From positions 380 through 64,379 of the forward strand of contig CACMKZ010000004.1 of assembly GCA_902614375.1 (NCBI GenBank): DNA of 64,000 nucleotides, in the 5' to 3' direction. The first letter of the stretch is position 1, and every line of letters starts with the position of its first letter. Below the pieces are notes generated by a model. It did not search any database, was not told the DNA's origin, and saw only the letters and a list, made by a program, of their open reading frames with translations. Shown piece by piece: positions 11,344-21,825 of this stretch. Origin of the DNA: an uncultured Alphaproteobacteria bacterium. Its GTDB lineage: Bacteria > Pseudomonadota > Alphaproteobacteria > HIMB59 > GCA-002718135. The position numbers and the translations under genes are program-made.

Positions 11344-12252
11344 TTAATTTGTTTTTTTTATTTCCACTCTTCTATTTGCGGGCTGTTTAGTGTCATCTGG
11401 AGTATCTACAGCTAAAGATTCTTCACCTTTGCCTAAAATTTTAATACTACTTTGATTAATTCCATAATTAATTAAAATTTCTTTTACAACCTCTGCTCTT
11501 TTGATTGATAATGATAAATTATATTTATTTGTTCCTTTAGTATCAGTATGTCCAACGACGAGATATTCATTAATATCACTTCCATAATTATTTAAAAATT
11601 TTTTTATTTTATCTTTACTAACTTCAGATAAATTGAATTGATCAAAATCAAAATAAATTATTTGCATTAATTCTTTATTTTCATTTTTAGTCACAATTGT
11701 TACTTCATTTTTTGTTTCATTTTCTAAATTATTATCTTTGTTATCTGAAGTTTCCTGCTCATTTTCCTGAGTAGATATTTTTTCATAAATATTATGCATG
11801 GCTTTTAAGAAATCATTCTTGCAACTATTAATATCCCATGTTTGCCAATTTTCCTCCTGTTGCTCTGACCAGCAATCTAATGACGAAATAGCTCTTGCCA
11901 AATTAATAGGATCAATATTTTTAGCATCTTTATAAATTGTCATTAGGTTTTCATATGCAATTTTTATTTCATTAATATTTTCTTCTGGAATTTTCCAATA
12001 TGAAATTTCTTCTGGATATATTTCATCAGTTTCTAAACTCTTGAGAGCTTTTTCAGAATATAATTTTGCGGAATTCCAATCGTGCATTTCTTCTGCCTCG
12101 AAACTAGCTCTTTTTTTGTATTCGGATAGTAAGTGTTCTTGAAAGTTTTTTGGTTCTTTATTTTCCATTTTAGAGAGTTGTTTATAGCTAGCCGAACAAC
12201 CGCCTAAAAAAATTAGTAAAGAGATAATAGGTAGTAATAATTTAAAATTCAT
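11344..12252 (-). CDS. OmpA-family lipoprotein
   Basis: It has a lipobox (LGGCSAS) and a C-terminal OmpA-like domain (VVGHTDTKGTNKYNLSLSIKRAEVV...NRRVEI). Confidence 0.8.
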   Translation of the reverse strand: MNFKLLLPIISLLIFLGGCSASYKQLSKMENKEPKNFQEHLLSEYKKRASFEAEEMHDWNSAKLYSEKALKSLETDEIYPEEISYWKIPEENINEIKIAYENLMTIYKDAKNIDPINLARAISSLDCWSEQQEENWQTWDINSCKNDFLKAMHNIYEKISTQENEQETSDNKDNNLENETKNEVTIVTKNENKELMQIIYFDFDQFNLSEVSKDKIKKFLNNYGSDINEYLVVGHTDTKGTNKYNLSLSIKRAEVVKEILINYGINQSSIKILGKGEESLAVDTPDDTKQPANRRVEIKKTN

Positions 12253-12403
12253 AGAGTATAAATATCAAAATTTGCTGTCAAAACTAAGACGAAATTTTGA
12301 CCTAATTAAGGTCCACCATTTTTTTTACATCACCTACATTTTATCATTGCAGAGTATTTAAAGATTAAATACAGAAATAGCATATTTATTTAAGGAGTTT
12401 ATA

Positions 12404-13735
12404 ATGATTAAACATTCTACGTCGGTGGATCAATCGGACAGAAAGGTTCCCTACAATTTAAGACAAAGTGGTCCTACACCAGTCCAAATGCTTATTTCAA
12501 CCAGAGTGAGAAAATCACCATATTGGCATTTGTCAATGGAGGCGGGATGTTGGAGAGCAACAGTTTATAATAGAATTTATCATCCAAGAGGTTACGTAAA
12601 ACCTGAAGATGGTGGAGCAATGGTTGAGTATGAGGCAATTAAAAACCACGTTACTATGTGGAATGTTGCTGTTGAAAGACAAATTCAGGTTAAAGGTCCT
12701 GATGCTGAAGCATTTGTTGATTATGTCATAACAAGAGATGCTACTAAAATATCTCCAATGAGAGGAAGATATGTTATTCTTTGTAATCAATATGGCGGTG
12801 TTTTAAATGATCCTATTCTTTTAAGAATTTCAAAGGACGAGTTTTGGTTTTCATTATCTGATTCAGATATTGGTTTGTATTTACAGGGTGTAAATCATGA
12901 TAATAGATTCAATGTTCATATTGATGAAATTGATGTAAGCCCAGTTCAAATTCAAGGCCCTAAAGCGCATGCTTTGATGAATGATTTAATAGGTGATCAA
13001 GTCAAAGTTGATGAAATGCCATTCTATGGACTTGCTGCTGCAAAAGTAGGGGGAAGAGATTGTATAATTTCTCAAACAGGTTTTTCTGGAGAGGCTGGAT
13101 TTGAAATTTATTTATATGAGTCTACTAAGTATGCTGATGATATGTGGAATGCTGTTTTAGAAGCAGGAAAAAAACATAATCTTATGGTTATAGCTCCGGC
13201 TCATCATCGAAGAATCCAAGCAGGAATTCTATCTTGGGGTCAAGATATGGATAATCAGCATAATCCTTTTCAATGTAATTTAGGCTATCAAGTATCTCTA
13301 TCTGGTAAAGGTGAGTGGAATAAAACTTCAGACTATGTTGGTAAGACTGTTCTTGAAAAGATGAAGGCAGATTTAAAAGATGGAAAAAAACCATATAAGC
13401 TTCAGTTAGTTGGTTTAAGCTTAGGTGGAAAACCTATCGAAGAATATGCTCCTGATTTTTGGCTTGTTTCAGAAGATGGTAATGAACCTTGTGGATTCAT
13501 AACATCTCCTTGGTATCATCCTGAGCAAGGAAGGAACATTGCTATGGGCTATGTGCCATTTGATGGAACTCTAAATAAAAATGGTTTTCCTATTGGAAAT
13601 TTTGGTCGTAAATTCAAGGTTCATCTACCTGATCAATATGCAGACTCATCTGGTGTGCCAGTAGACGCAGAAGTTGTGCCAATTCCATTTACTGAATCAC
13701 ATAACGCTAATACTAGAGAAGTAGTAGATAAATAA
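12404..13735 (+). CDS. GcvT-family aminomethyltransferase paralog (THF-dependent demethylase-like, substrate unknown)
   Basis: The N-terminus (RKSPYWH...YNRIYHP) resembles DmdA/GcvT. The fold order is GcvT-like (QIQVKGPDAEAFVDYVITRD, GFSGEAGFEIY). AAGGAG sits 7 nt upstream of the ATG. Confidence 0.75.
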   Translation: MIKHSTSVDQSDRKVPYNLRQSGPTPVQMLISTRVRKSPYWHLSMEAGCWRATVYNRIYHPRGYVKPEDGGAMVEYEAIKNHVTMWNVAVERQIQVKGPDAEAFVDYVITRDATKISPMRGRYVILCNQYGGVLNDPILLRISKDEFWFSLSDSDIGLYLQGVNHDNRFNVHIDEIDVSPVQIQGPKAHALMNDLIGDQVKVDEMPFYGLAAAKVGGRDCIISQTGFSGEAGFEIYLYESTKYADDMWNAVLEAGKKHNLMVIAPAHHRRIQAGILSWGQDMDNQHNPFQCNLGYQVSLSGKGEWNKTSDYVGKTVLEKMKADLKDGKKPYKLQLVGLSLGGKPIEEYAPDFWLVSEDGNEPCGFITSPWYHPEQGRNIAMGYVPFDGTLNKNGFPIGNFGRKFKVHLPDQYADSSGVPVDAEVVPIPFTESHNANTREVVDK

Positions 13736-13742
13736 AATATTT

Positions 13743-13773
13743 AAGGAGCTCTATTTAATTAATAGAGCTTCTT
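13743..13773. terminator. Bidirectional hairpin terminator between convergent genes
   Basis: AGCTCTATT (13747-13755) pairs with AATAGAGCT (13761-13769) across a 5-nt loop. The stem can be extended by flanking pairs, and a T-rich tail follows. Confidence 0.6.
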
Positions 13774-14393
13774 TATTTTAATAAAGCTTTAATTCTATCA
13801 ATAGAGATATAACCAACAACAAGTTCTTCATTAACAAAAAAAGTAGGAGTGCCACGTGCACCTGATCCATTAGCTAAAAAAGAACTCAGTCTTACAATAT
13901 TATTAACACTTTCTTTTGTCATATCGATATTTAATTTAGCATCATTTAACTCAAGGTTTTCAATTATCTGTTTTAGTTTTGCATTATTTAAATTTCCTTC
14001 AACTTCAAACAATGCATTATGAAAATCGATACCTTTGTTCTGCATGTTTGCAGCTATAACCATATTTGCTAGTAATTTAGAAGACTCACTTAAAATTGGA
14101 TGTTGTAAGAATACTATTCGTGTATCTTTTCTTTCACTTGCAATCTGAAGCAATTCAGGATGGACTTTTTTACAGTATCCACAAAAATAATCCATAAATT
14201 CAATAATGGTATTGTTCGCATTTTCATCACCAATTTGAACAATTCCCTCTTCAGGAATAACATCTAATATTTTTAAATGAAAAGGCTTAGACTCATCAAA
14301 AAACAATTCTTTAAGAGTCATTTCAGCCTTTATAGGAAGACAAATAAACGCACTAATTATAACCACCAAAATTATTTTTTTGAAGTATCTCAT
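13773..14393 (-). CDS. DsbA-family thiol:disulfide oxidoreductase, secreted
   Basis: It has a signal peptide, a thioredoxin-fold CGYC active site (MDYFCGYCKKVHPEL) and a C-terminal GTPTFFVN. Confidence 0.8.
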   Translation of the reverse strand: MRYFKKIILVVIISAFICLPIKAEMTLKELFFDESKPFHLKILDVIPEEGIVQIGDENANNTIIEFMDYFCGYCKKVHPELLQIASERKDTRIVFLQHPILSESSKLLANMVIAANMQNKGIDFHNALFEVEGNLNNAKLKQIIENLELNDAKLNIDMTKESVNNIVRLSSFLANGSGARGTPTFFVNEELVVGYISIDRIKALLK

Positions 14394-14447
14394 GATTGAC
14401 CCACCTTATTTAATATGATTAATGAAGTACAGTATTAAATAGTAATA

Positions 14448-16883
14448 ATGAAATCAAAGTCAAAAGCAGTTGTCATCGGTGGAGGCGCAGTAGGCGTTAG
14501 CACTCTCTATCATTTAGCCAAAAAGGGTTGGTCAGATGTAGTTCTGGTTGAAAGAAAGGAATTAACTTCAGGATCAACATGGCATGCAGCAGGGTTACTT
14601 CCATTATTCAATATGAGTTATTCGGTAGGTCAATTGCATAAATACGCAGTCAAACTTTACAAAACTCTTGAAGAAGAAACAGGACAAAAAGTTGGTTTTA
14701 GTGTGGTTTCTAATATCCGTTTAGCAACTACTCAAGATAGAATGGATGAGTATTATCAATATTCAGGAGTCGCAAAAACGATAGGTGTAGATGTTAAATT
14801 TTTAACACCTGAACAAGTAAAAGAAATTTGGCCACTTTGTAATACAGATGGATTGATAGGTGCAATTCAGCATCCTGAAGATGGATACATTCAACCAGCC
14901 GATCTAACTCAAGCTCTTGCAAAAGGAGCAAGAGATAAAGGTGCAGAAATTTATAGAAATACTTCTGTAATAGGGATTAAAAAAAATAAAGATGACTTAT
15001 GGATTGTAGAAACCGATAAAGGTTCGATTGAATGTGAGCATGTAGTTTCATGTAGTGGTAATTTTGCTCGACAGACTGGAAAGATGGTCGGACTTGATAT
15101 TCCAGTTATACCTGTTGAACACCAATACATAGTGACTGACGATCATCCTGAGATATTAAAAAGAAAAGAACAAGGACTTCCTGAAATGGGGGTCTTACGA
15201 GATTCTGATAGTTCTTGGTACATGCGTGAAGAAAGAGGAGGGTTAATATTAGGGCCTTATGAAAAAGGAGCTCCAGTTTGCTATGTTGACGGACCTGACA
15301 AAGAATCTGAATTCGAATTATTTCAAGAAGATCTAGAACGTTTAGAACCTCACATTGAATCAGCAATGCATCGTGTTCCTATTTTTGGAGAAGTTGGAGT
15401 TAAGAAAGTTTACAATGGTGCTATTTGTTATACACCGGATGGAAGTCCAATTGTTGGACCGGCATGGGGACTTAAAAATTTCTGGTTAAATGAAGGTCAT
15501 AGTTTTGGAATTACCGCAGCTGGCGGAGCTGGATGGCAAATTGCTGAATGGATAGTAGACGGCGAACCTACAATTGATATGTTAGGTGTAGATCCAAGAA
15601 GATTTGGTGATTATGCTACAGAGGCATATTTGATTAAAAAGAATGAAGAAGCTTACGCGAATGTCTTTACAGTACACTATCCTGATGAAGAAAGAGAAGA
15701 GGGACGTCCATTAAGACAAGCACCTTGTTATGATAGATTAAAAAATCTTGGTGCAGTTTTTGGTCAAAAGTTTGGTTGGGAGCGCGCTAACTGGTTTGCG
15801 CCTTCAAAAGAATCACAAAAAGATGATTGGTCATTTAGAAGATCAAAATGGTTTGAGCATGTTGGCAACGAGTGCTTAAATGTTCAGGAAAATGCCGGCC
15901 TTCTAGATATGACTGCATTTGCTAAATGCCGGATTTCAGGACCTGGTGCAGAAGAGTTTCTAGACTACTTGGTTGCAAATAAAATTCCAAAAAAAATTGG
16001 AAGAGTTAATCTTTGTCATGCGTTAAACACTGCTGGAGGAGTTCACTCAGAATTCACAATTGCAAAAGAAAAAGAAAATTCCTTTTATTTAGTTTCAGCA
16101 GGAGCATTTCAAAGATTAGATCATGATTGGATTCATAAATGGATACCAAAAGATGGATCAGTGATTTATGAAAATTTAACTAATAGTATGGGTGTACTTG
16201 TTTTAGCAGGACCCAAATCAAGAGATATTCTCTCTAAAATTTCCAAGACTGATTTATCTAATGAAAATTTCCCTTGGCTATCATCAAAAAAAATTAATGT
16301 TGGTTTAGCTCCTAGTATCGCAATGCGTATGAATTTTGTTGGTGAACTCGGATGGGAATTACATCATCCAATTGAATATCAAAACCATATTTTTGATAAA
16401 TTGATGGAAGCAGGAAAAGATCATGGACTTAAACCATTTGGAATAAGAGCGATGGAAAGCTTACGTGTTGAAAAAACATATAAATTGGTTGGTACAGAAA
16501 TGTCTATAGAATACGCAGCTTTTGAGTCTGGGTTAGATAGATTTGTACATTTAAACAAAGGGAATTTTATTGGAAGAGATTCTCTCGTTAAATGGCAGCA
16601 AAATGGTTTTAAAAACAAAATGGTAACTTTAGAGGTTCATGATGTTGAAGATGCAGATGCATTGGGAAATAATCCAATTTATAATAATGGAAGAGTTATA
16701 GGTCGTGCGACAGGAGGTAACTATGGTTTTAGAGTGAAAAAATCATTAGCTATTGGTATGGTAGAACCTCAATTTGCTGACATTGGTCAAAAATTAGAAA
16801 TGGATATATTAGATAAAAAATACAATGTAACTGTTATAGAGGATAGTCCTTATGATCCTAGAAATGAAAAACTAAAACAATAG
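14448..16883 (+). CDS. Dimethylglycine/sarcosine dehydrogenase family enzyme (FAD oxidoreductase fused to a GcvT-type THF domain)
   Basis: An N-terminal GGGAVG dinucleotide fold is followed by a C-terminal aminomethyltransferase-like domain (811 aa). It lies immediately upstream of etfBA and ETF-QO. Confidence 0.88.
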   Translation: MKSKSKAVVIGGGAVGVSTLYHLAKKGWSDVVLVERKELTSGSTWHAAGLLPLFNMSYSVGQLHKYAVKLYKTLEEETGQKVGFSVVSNIRLATTQDRMDEYYQYSGVAKTIGVDVKFLTPEQVKEIWPLCNTDGLIGAIQHPEDGYIQPADLTQALAKGARDKGAEIYRNTSVIGIKKNKDDLWIVETDKGSIECEHVVSCSGNFARQTGKMVGLDIPVIPVEHQYIVTDDHPEILKRKEQGLPEMGVLRDSDSSWYMREERGGLILGPYEKGAPVCYVDGPDKESEFELFQEDLERLEPHIESAMHRVPIFGEVGVKKVYNGAICYTPDGSPIVGPAWGLKNFWLNEGHSFGITAAGGAGWQIAEWIVDGEPTIDMLGVDPRRFGDYATEAYLIKKNEEAYANVFTVHYPDEEREEGRPLRQAPCYDRLKNLGAVFGQKFGWERANWFAPSKESQKDDWSFRRSKWFEHVGNECLNVQENAGLLDMTAFAKCRISGPGAEEFLDYLVANKIPKKIGRVNLCHALNTAGGVHSEFTIAKEKENSFYLVSAGAFQRLDHDWIHKWIPKDGSVIYENLTNSMGVLVLAGPKSRDILSKISKTDLSNENFPWLSSKKINVGLAPSIAMRMNFVGELGWELHHPIEYQNHIFDKLMEAGKDHGLKPFGIRAMESLRVEKTYKLVGTEMSIEYAAFESGLDRFVHLNKGNFIGRDSLVKWQQNGFKNKMVTLEVHDVEDADALGNNPIYNNGRVIGRATGGNYGFRVKKSLAIGMVEPQFADIGQKLEMDILDKKYNVTVIEDSPYDPRNEKLKQ

Positions 16884-16884
16884 T

Positions 16885-17634
16885 ATGAAGTTACTTGTTA
16901 CCGTAAAAAGAGTCATAGATTATAATGTTCAAATCAGGGTTAAAGCTGATGGTTCTGGAGTTGAAAAAGATAATGTAAAAATGTCTATGAATCCCCCTGA
17001 TGAAAACGCAGTAGAAGAAGCTCTACGAATAAAAGAAGCTGGTAAAGCAGATGAGATTATAATTCTTTCTATAGGTAATGATAAAGCGCAAGAAACTATA
17101 CGAACTGCATTAGCAATGGGAGCTGATAGGGGTATTCATATTAAAACAGACAATGATTTAGAACCCCTAGCTATTTCTAAAATAATTTCTAAAGTAGCTG
17201 AAGAAGAAAAACCCTCAATTATTTTAATGGGAAAACAAGCAATAGATGATGACTCTAATCAAACCGGTCAAATGACATCTGCTTTACTTAGTTGGCCTCA
17301 GGCTACATTTGCATCTAAAATTGAAATTGATGGGCAAAATGCAATCGTTACTAGAGAAATAGATGAAGGGTTAGAAAGAATAAAAGTGTCTATACCATTT
17401 GTAGCATCATGTGATCTTCGACTGAATGAACCTAGGTATGCTTCTTTACCAAATATAATGAAAGCAAAGAAAAAACCAATTGATACAAAAGAAGCATCTT
17501 CACTTGGTATAAATATAGAACCTAGAATTGAACAAATAAAAGTAGAAGAGCCGCCTGTCAGACAAAAAGGAATTATGGTAAGTGATGTTGCTGAATTGGT
17601 TCAAAAACTTAAACATGAGGCAAAAGTTATATGA
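16885..17634 (+). CDS. etfB: Electron transfer flavoprotein beta subunit
   Basis: [19 protein letters not shown]..., ...[17 protein letters not shown] and ...[11 protein letters not shown] are present. Confidence 0.95.
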   Translation: MKLLVTVKRVIDYNVQIRVKADGSGVEKDNVKMSMNPPDENAVEEALRIKEAGKADEIIILSIGNDKAQETIRTALAMGADRGIHIKTDNDLEPLAISKIISKVAEEEKPSIILMGKQAIDDDSNQTGQMTSALLSWPQATFASKIEIDGQNAIVTREIDEGLERIKVSIPFVASCDLRLNEPRYASLPNIMKAKKKPIDTKEASSLGINIEPRIEQIKVEEPPVRQKGIMVSDVAELVQKLKHEAKVI

Positions 17635-18584
17635 CAATATTAGTATTAGCAGAGCATAATAATATAGATATCAAATCATCAACCTTAAATACTATATCTG
17701 CAGCATCACAAATAGACCAAGATATCCATGTTTTGGTAACAGGCCATGAATGTGAAGAGTTAGCTAAAAATATCTCTAAATGTGAAAAAGTTGCAAAAGT
17801 ATATTTAGCAAATAATGAAAAACTTAAAAACCCAATTGCTGAAAATATCGAGCCTATCGTAGTATCTTTGGCTAATAATTATTCCCACATAATGGCACCC
17901 GCAACAACTTTTGGAAAAAATATTTTTCCTAGAATTGCCGTTAAACTAGATATTGCACAAGTTAGTGATGTTATAAAAATTATAAGTTCTGATACTTTTA
18001 TGAGACCAATTTATGCTGGTAACGCTATTGCTACAGTTAAATCAAATGACAAAATTAAAGTAGTAACGGTAAGACCAACATCTTTTGATCCTGTAGAAAC
18101 TAGCGGTGGAAAAGAACAGGTCGAAAATATTTCTTTTGATAATGATAGTGGCAGTGTTGAATTTATAGATAGAGAAGAATCTCAATCTGAAAGACCAGAG
18201 CTAAGTACTGCTCGAGTTGTGATATCCGGTGGCAGAGGATTACAAAGTGCCGAAAATTTTAAACTTTTAAATGAAATAGCAGATAAGCTTAATGCGGCAG
18301 TTGGAGCATCTCGTGCTGCTGTAGATGCTGGTTATGTTTCTAATGATTATCAAGTTGGGCAAACTGGCAAAGTAGTTGTCCCAGATTTGTATATTGCCGT
18401 CGGAATTTCTGGTGCAATACAGCACTTAGCGGGTATGAAAGAAAGTAAGGTAATTGTTGCAATCAATAAAGATGAAGAAGCACCAATATTTAATGTCGCT
18501 GACTATGGATTAAACGCTGATTTATTTGAGGCATTGCCTCAATTATCTTCTGAACTAGATAAATTAAATACTATTCAACAATAA
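17631..18584 (+). CDS. etfA: Electron transfer flavoprotein alpha subunit
   Basis: [51 protein letters not shown] is present. The start overlaps the etfB stop. Confidence 0.95.
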   Translation: MTILVLAEHNNIDIKSSTLNTISAASQIDQDIHVLVTGHECEELAKNISKCEKVAKVYLANNEKLKNPIAENIEPIVVSLANNYSHIMAPATTFGKNIFPRIAVKLDIAQVSDVIKIISSDTFMRPIYAGNAIATVKSNDKIKVVTVRPTSFDPVETSGGKEQVENISFDNDSGSVEFIDREESQSERPELSTARVVISGGRGLQSAENFKLLNEIADKLNAAVGASRAAVDAGYVSNDYQVGQTGKVVVPDLYIAVGISGAIQHLAGMKESKVIVAINKDEEAPIFNVADYGLNADLFEALPQLSSELDKLNTIQQ

Positions 18585-18607
18585 ATTAATTTATTACAAT
18601 AAATAAA

Positions 18608-20236
18608 ATGGAAGTAGAACGCGAGTTAATGGACTATGATGTTGTAGTGGTAGGTGCTGGTCCATCAGGCCTTTCAACTGCAATTAAACTAAAACAGCTA
18701 AACCCAGAAATTAATGTTTGTGTATTAGAAAAGGGATCAGAGGTAGGAGCCCATATTTTAAGTGGTAATGTGTTTGAAACAAGAGCACTCGATGAATTAA
18801 TACCTGATTGGAGAGGTAAAGACTCACCAATTAAAACTAAAGTAACAAAAGAAAAGTTTTTATTCTTATCTAAGAAAGGCTCGTTAAATTGGCCTACATG
18901 GCTTCTTCCTAGTGTACAAAAAAATCATAAGAATTATATCATTAGTCTTGCAAATTTATGTAGATGGCTAGCAAGTGAAGCTGAAAGTTTAGGAGTAGAA
19001 ATTTTTCCAGGATTTGCAGCATCTAAAATATTATATTCAGATGATGATCATGTAATTGGTGTTCAAACAGGTGATATGGGTATTGATAAAGATGGTAACA
19101 AAAAAGATAGTTTTGAACCAGGTATTAATATTAAGGCTAAAGTAACAGTCTTTGCTGAGGGTTGTAGAGGTCATTTAGGAAAAGAATTAATTAAAAAATA
19201 TAATTTATCAAAAGATAAGTCACCACAACAATACGGAATTGGGTTTAAAGAAATTTGGGAAGTAGATGAAAGTCAGCATGAGGAAGGTCTTGTCATGCAT
19301 ACTGCGGGATGGCCATTAGATAATGCAACTTATGGTGGCAGTTTTTGTTATCATGCTGAAAATAAACAAATATTTTTAGGATACGTAATCGGTCTTGATT
19401 ATAAAAATCCATATTTATCCCCTTATGATGAATTTCAAAAATTTAAAACTCACCCAGTAATTAAGAAAATTCTCACTAATGGAAAACGTATTGCTTATGG
19501 AGCAAGAGCACTTATTGAAGGTGGTATTCAAAGTTTACCTAAAATGTATATGCCGGGCGCATTACTAGTTGGGTGTGACGCAGGCACTTTAAATATGCCA
19601 AAGATTAAAGGTTCACATACTGCAATGAAAAGTGGAATTATAGCTGCTGAAACGATTAATGATTATTTAAGTAAATCTTTACCTCTTGCAGCATATGAAG
19701 GTAAATTTAAACGTTCATGGCTTTATAAAGAATTGTTTGCAGCAAGGAATGTAAAACCTAGTTTTAATTGGGGGCTAATACCTGCAATAATATTTACAGG
19801 TATTGATCAAATAATATTTAGAGGCAAGCTTCCTTTTACACTAAAACACAAACATGCTGATCATGAATCTTTACAATTAGCAAAAGATTCAAAAAAAATA
19901 GATTATCCAAAATATGATGGAATATTTACTTTTGATAAAACTAGTTCTGTTTATTTGACTGGAACTAACCATGAAGCTGATCAGCCAGTTCATTTACAAT
20001 TAAAGGATAAGGAATTACCAATAAAATTTACTTTAAATGCTTATGATGAGCCATCTCAAAGATATTGTCCTGCTGGTGTATATGAAATTGATAATACAGA
20101 TAGTCAAAATCCTAAATTTGTAATTAATGCGCAAAACTGTATTCATTGTAAAACATGCGATATTAAAGAACCATCCCAAAACATAAATTGGGTTGTACCA
20201 GAAGGTAGTGGGGGGCCAAATTATGCAAATATGTAA
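18608..20236 (+). CDS. Electron transfer flavoprotein-ubiquinone oxidoreductase
   Basis: VVVVGAGPSGLS is present along with a C-terminal 4Fe-4S region (YCPAGVYE...CIHCKTCDIK...INWVVPEGSGGPNY). Confidence 0.95.
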   Translation: MEVERELMDYDVVVVGAGPSGLSTAIKLKQLNPEINVCVLEKGSEVGAHILSGNVFETRALDELIPDWRGKDSPIKTKVTKEKFLFLSKKGSLNWPTWLLPSVQKNHKNYIISLANLCRWLASEAESLGVEIFPGFAASKILYSDDDHVIGVQTGDMGIDKDGNKKDSFEPGINIKAKVTVFAEGCRGHLGKELIKKYNLSKDKSPQQYGIGFKEIWEVDESQHEEGLVMHTAGWPLDNATYGGSFCYHAENKQIFLGYVIGLDYKNPYLSPYDEFQKFKTHPVIKKILTNGKRIAYGARALIEGGIQSLPKMYMPGALLVGCDAGTLNMPKIKGSHTAMKSGIIAAETINDYLSKSLPLAAYEGKFKRSWLYKELFAARNVKPSFNWGLIPAIIFTGIDQIIFRGKLPFTLKHKHADHESLQLAKDSKKIDYPKYDGIFTFDKTSSVYLTGTNHEADQPVHLQLKDKELPIKFTLNAYDEPSQRYCPAGVYEIDNTDSQNPKFVINAQNCIHCKTCDIKEPSQNINWVVPEGSGGPNYANM

Positions 20237-20282
20237 TATATTTGAAAAATACTTATTTTATTTAAATTGATTCATTTTCATT

Positions 20283-21116
20283 ATGAATAAAAATAAAATT
20301 GTATTTACTTTTGCAACAGCGGAAGTAAATTTTATTGGCCAAATATTTATTAAGATTACCGAATTATTAACAGGAAAATTAAAATTAAAAAAATTATATG
20401 ATGAATATTTATCTGAAAATAGACCTCCCGAGCTTTTCTGGGATGATGCAGTAGATAAATTAAATTTTAATTTAATAACTAATTTTCAGGATGGCAGTTA
20501 CATTCCAAAAAAAGGCAAATTAATTGTTATAGCAAATCATGCTTTTGGAGTTGCTGATGGCGTATCCATATGTTCAGCAATTTCAAAAGTAAGACAAGAT
20601 TATAAAATGGTTACACATAAAGTCTTAAGGCAAGCAGAGGCAGTAAAAGATAAAATATTACCAATTGATTTTAATGAAAATAGAGAAGCTCTAATAACTA
20701 ATATTAATACACGTAAAGAAGCTGAAAAAGTTTTGCATAATGAAGGTGTTTTAGTTCTTTTTCCTTCTGGAACGATAGCAACTAAACAAAACTTAAAAAA
20801 AAATACAAAAGCTGACGATGGTGAGTGGAAACAATGGGTATCGAAACTAGTTCTTAAAACTAAAAGCCCTGTCTTACCAATTTTTTTTGACGGTCAAAAT
20901 AGCCAACTTTATCACATTGCTAATAAAATAGGACAAACATTTAGATATTCTTTGTGTATGTATGAACTGAAAAGAAAGATAGGTGATGATATCTATATGT
21001 ACTTTGGTTCACTTATACCTTACGAAAATCTTGTAAAAATTGGAGATATCAAAAAAATTACACAGTACTTAAGGTCAACCACATATTCTTTAAATCCACA
21101 ATTTAATAATAATTAA
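20283..21116 (+). CDS. Lysophospholipid acyltransferase-family protein (PlsC-like variant)
   Basis: VIANHAFGVADG (H-x5-D variant of the acyltransferase motif) and VLFPSGTIA (the FP.G motif) are present. Confidence 0.5.
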   Translation: MNKNKIVFTFATAEVNFIGQIFIKITELLTGKLKLKKLYDEYLSENRPPELFWDDAVDKLNFNLITNFQDGSYIPKKGKLIVIANHAFGVADGVSICSAISKVRQDYKMVTHKVLRQAEAVKDKILPIDFNENREALITNINTRKEAEKVLHNEGVLVLFPSGTIATKQNLKKNTKADDGEWKQWVSKLVLKTKSPVLPIFFDGQNSQLYHIANKIGQTFRYSLCMYELKRKIGDDIYMYFGSLIPYENLVKIGDIKKITQYLRSTTYSLNPQFNNN

Positions 21117-21153
21117 ATATTTATTTTTTACACTTGCCGTTTATAGAGTTCAT

Positions 21154-21825
21154 ATGGTAGGTTTTGTTGGTTTACAAGCAAGAAGAAGAAGAAGAAACAG
21201 AATCTTATTAGTAATTTCAATTATAGTTATCTTTGGTATTTTTTTCTATTTACCTTCTATAGATTTTTCAACTGATCAAACTGAGCCACCTATTGAAATA
21301 ATTCCTAGTAGTGTTGTTGATGAATCAAGTTTACGATCTGAAATACAAGAACTTAAACTTGAGATATTCCAAAAAGATCAGCGATTAAAATTTAGAGATG
21401 ATCAAATAAAAAACTTACGTGAAGAAATACTTGATTTAAATGAATCATTCGATTCAATTAAAAATGATTATGAACAATCTCTTAACAATATATCAGATCT
21501 AGAAAATAACACATTAGAAAATAATTCAGAGAGTATTGAGAAACTTAATACACTTGAAAATAAAATAACTGAATTAAGTAAGCAATTGTCAAAATATGAA
21601 AATCTTGTTCAAAAATTAGAAATAGAATTAGAAAGTTCTGTATCAACTGAAGATATGGAAGAAGTAAATATTCAAAATTCAATACTAAAATCAGAACTTA
21701 GACAAATTGAACAAAAAAATCGTAGTTTTGAAAATGAATTAAATGAGCTAAAAAAAATAATTAAAAATAAAGATAAAGAAATAGAAGATCTAATTTATTT
21801 AAAAGATTCCCAACATCATGGTTAA
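21154..21825 (+). CDS. Hypothetical membrane-anchored coiled-coil protein
   Basis: An N-terminal RRRRRNR patch and one TM helix are followed by about 170 aa of heptad-like E/K/L/N-rich sequence. Confidence 0.5.
   Translation: MVGFVGLQARRRRRNRILLVISIIVIFGIFFYLPSIDFSTDQTEPPIEIIPSSVVDESSLRSEIQELKLEIFQKDQRLKFRDDQIKNLREEILDLNESFDSIKNDYEQSLNNISDLENNTLENNSESIEKLNTLENKITELSKQLSKYENLVQKLEIELESSVSTEDMEEVNIQNSILKSELRQIEQKNRSFENELNELKKIIKNKDKEIEDLIYLKDSQHHG

Noticed and set aside
13744-13749. AAGGAG just downstream of the GcvT-paralog stop, which could suggest an unannotated small gene.
   Set aside because: It forms part of the terminator stem (13743-13773), and no ORF with a start codon follows at an appropriate distance.
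14407-14441. A 9-bp inverted repeat, TATTTAATA-N17-TATTAAATA, in the 54-nt divergent region between the DsbA-like gene and the DMGDH-type gene.
   Set aside because: It is made only of A/T in an AT-rich promoter region, so chance occurrence is plausible and no known operator consensus matches. I note it only as a possible operator to test if regulators of the island are studied.
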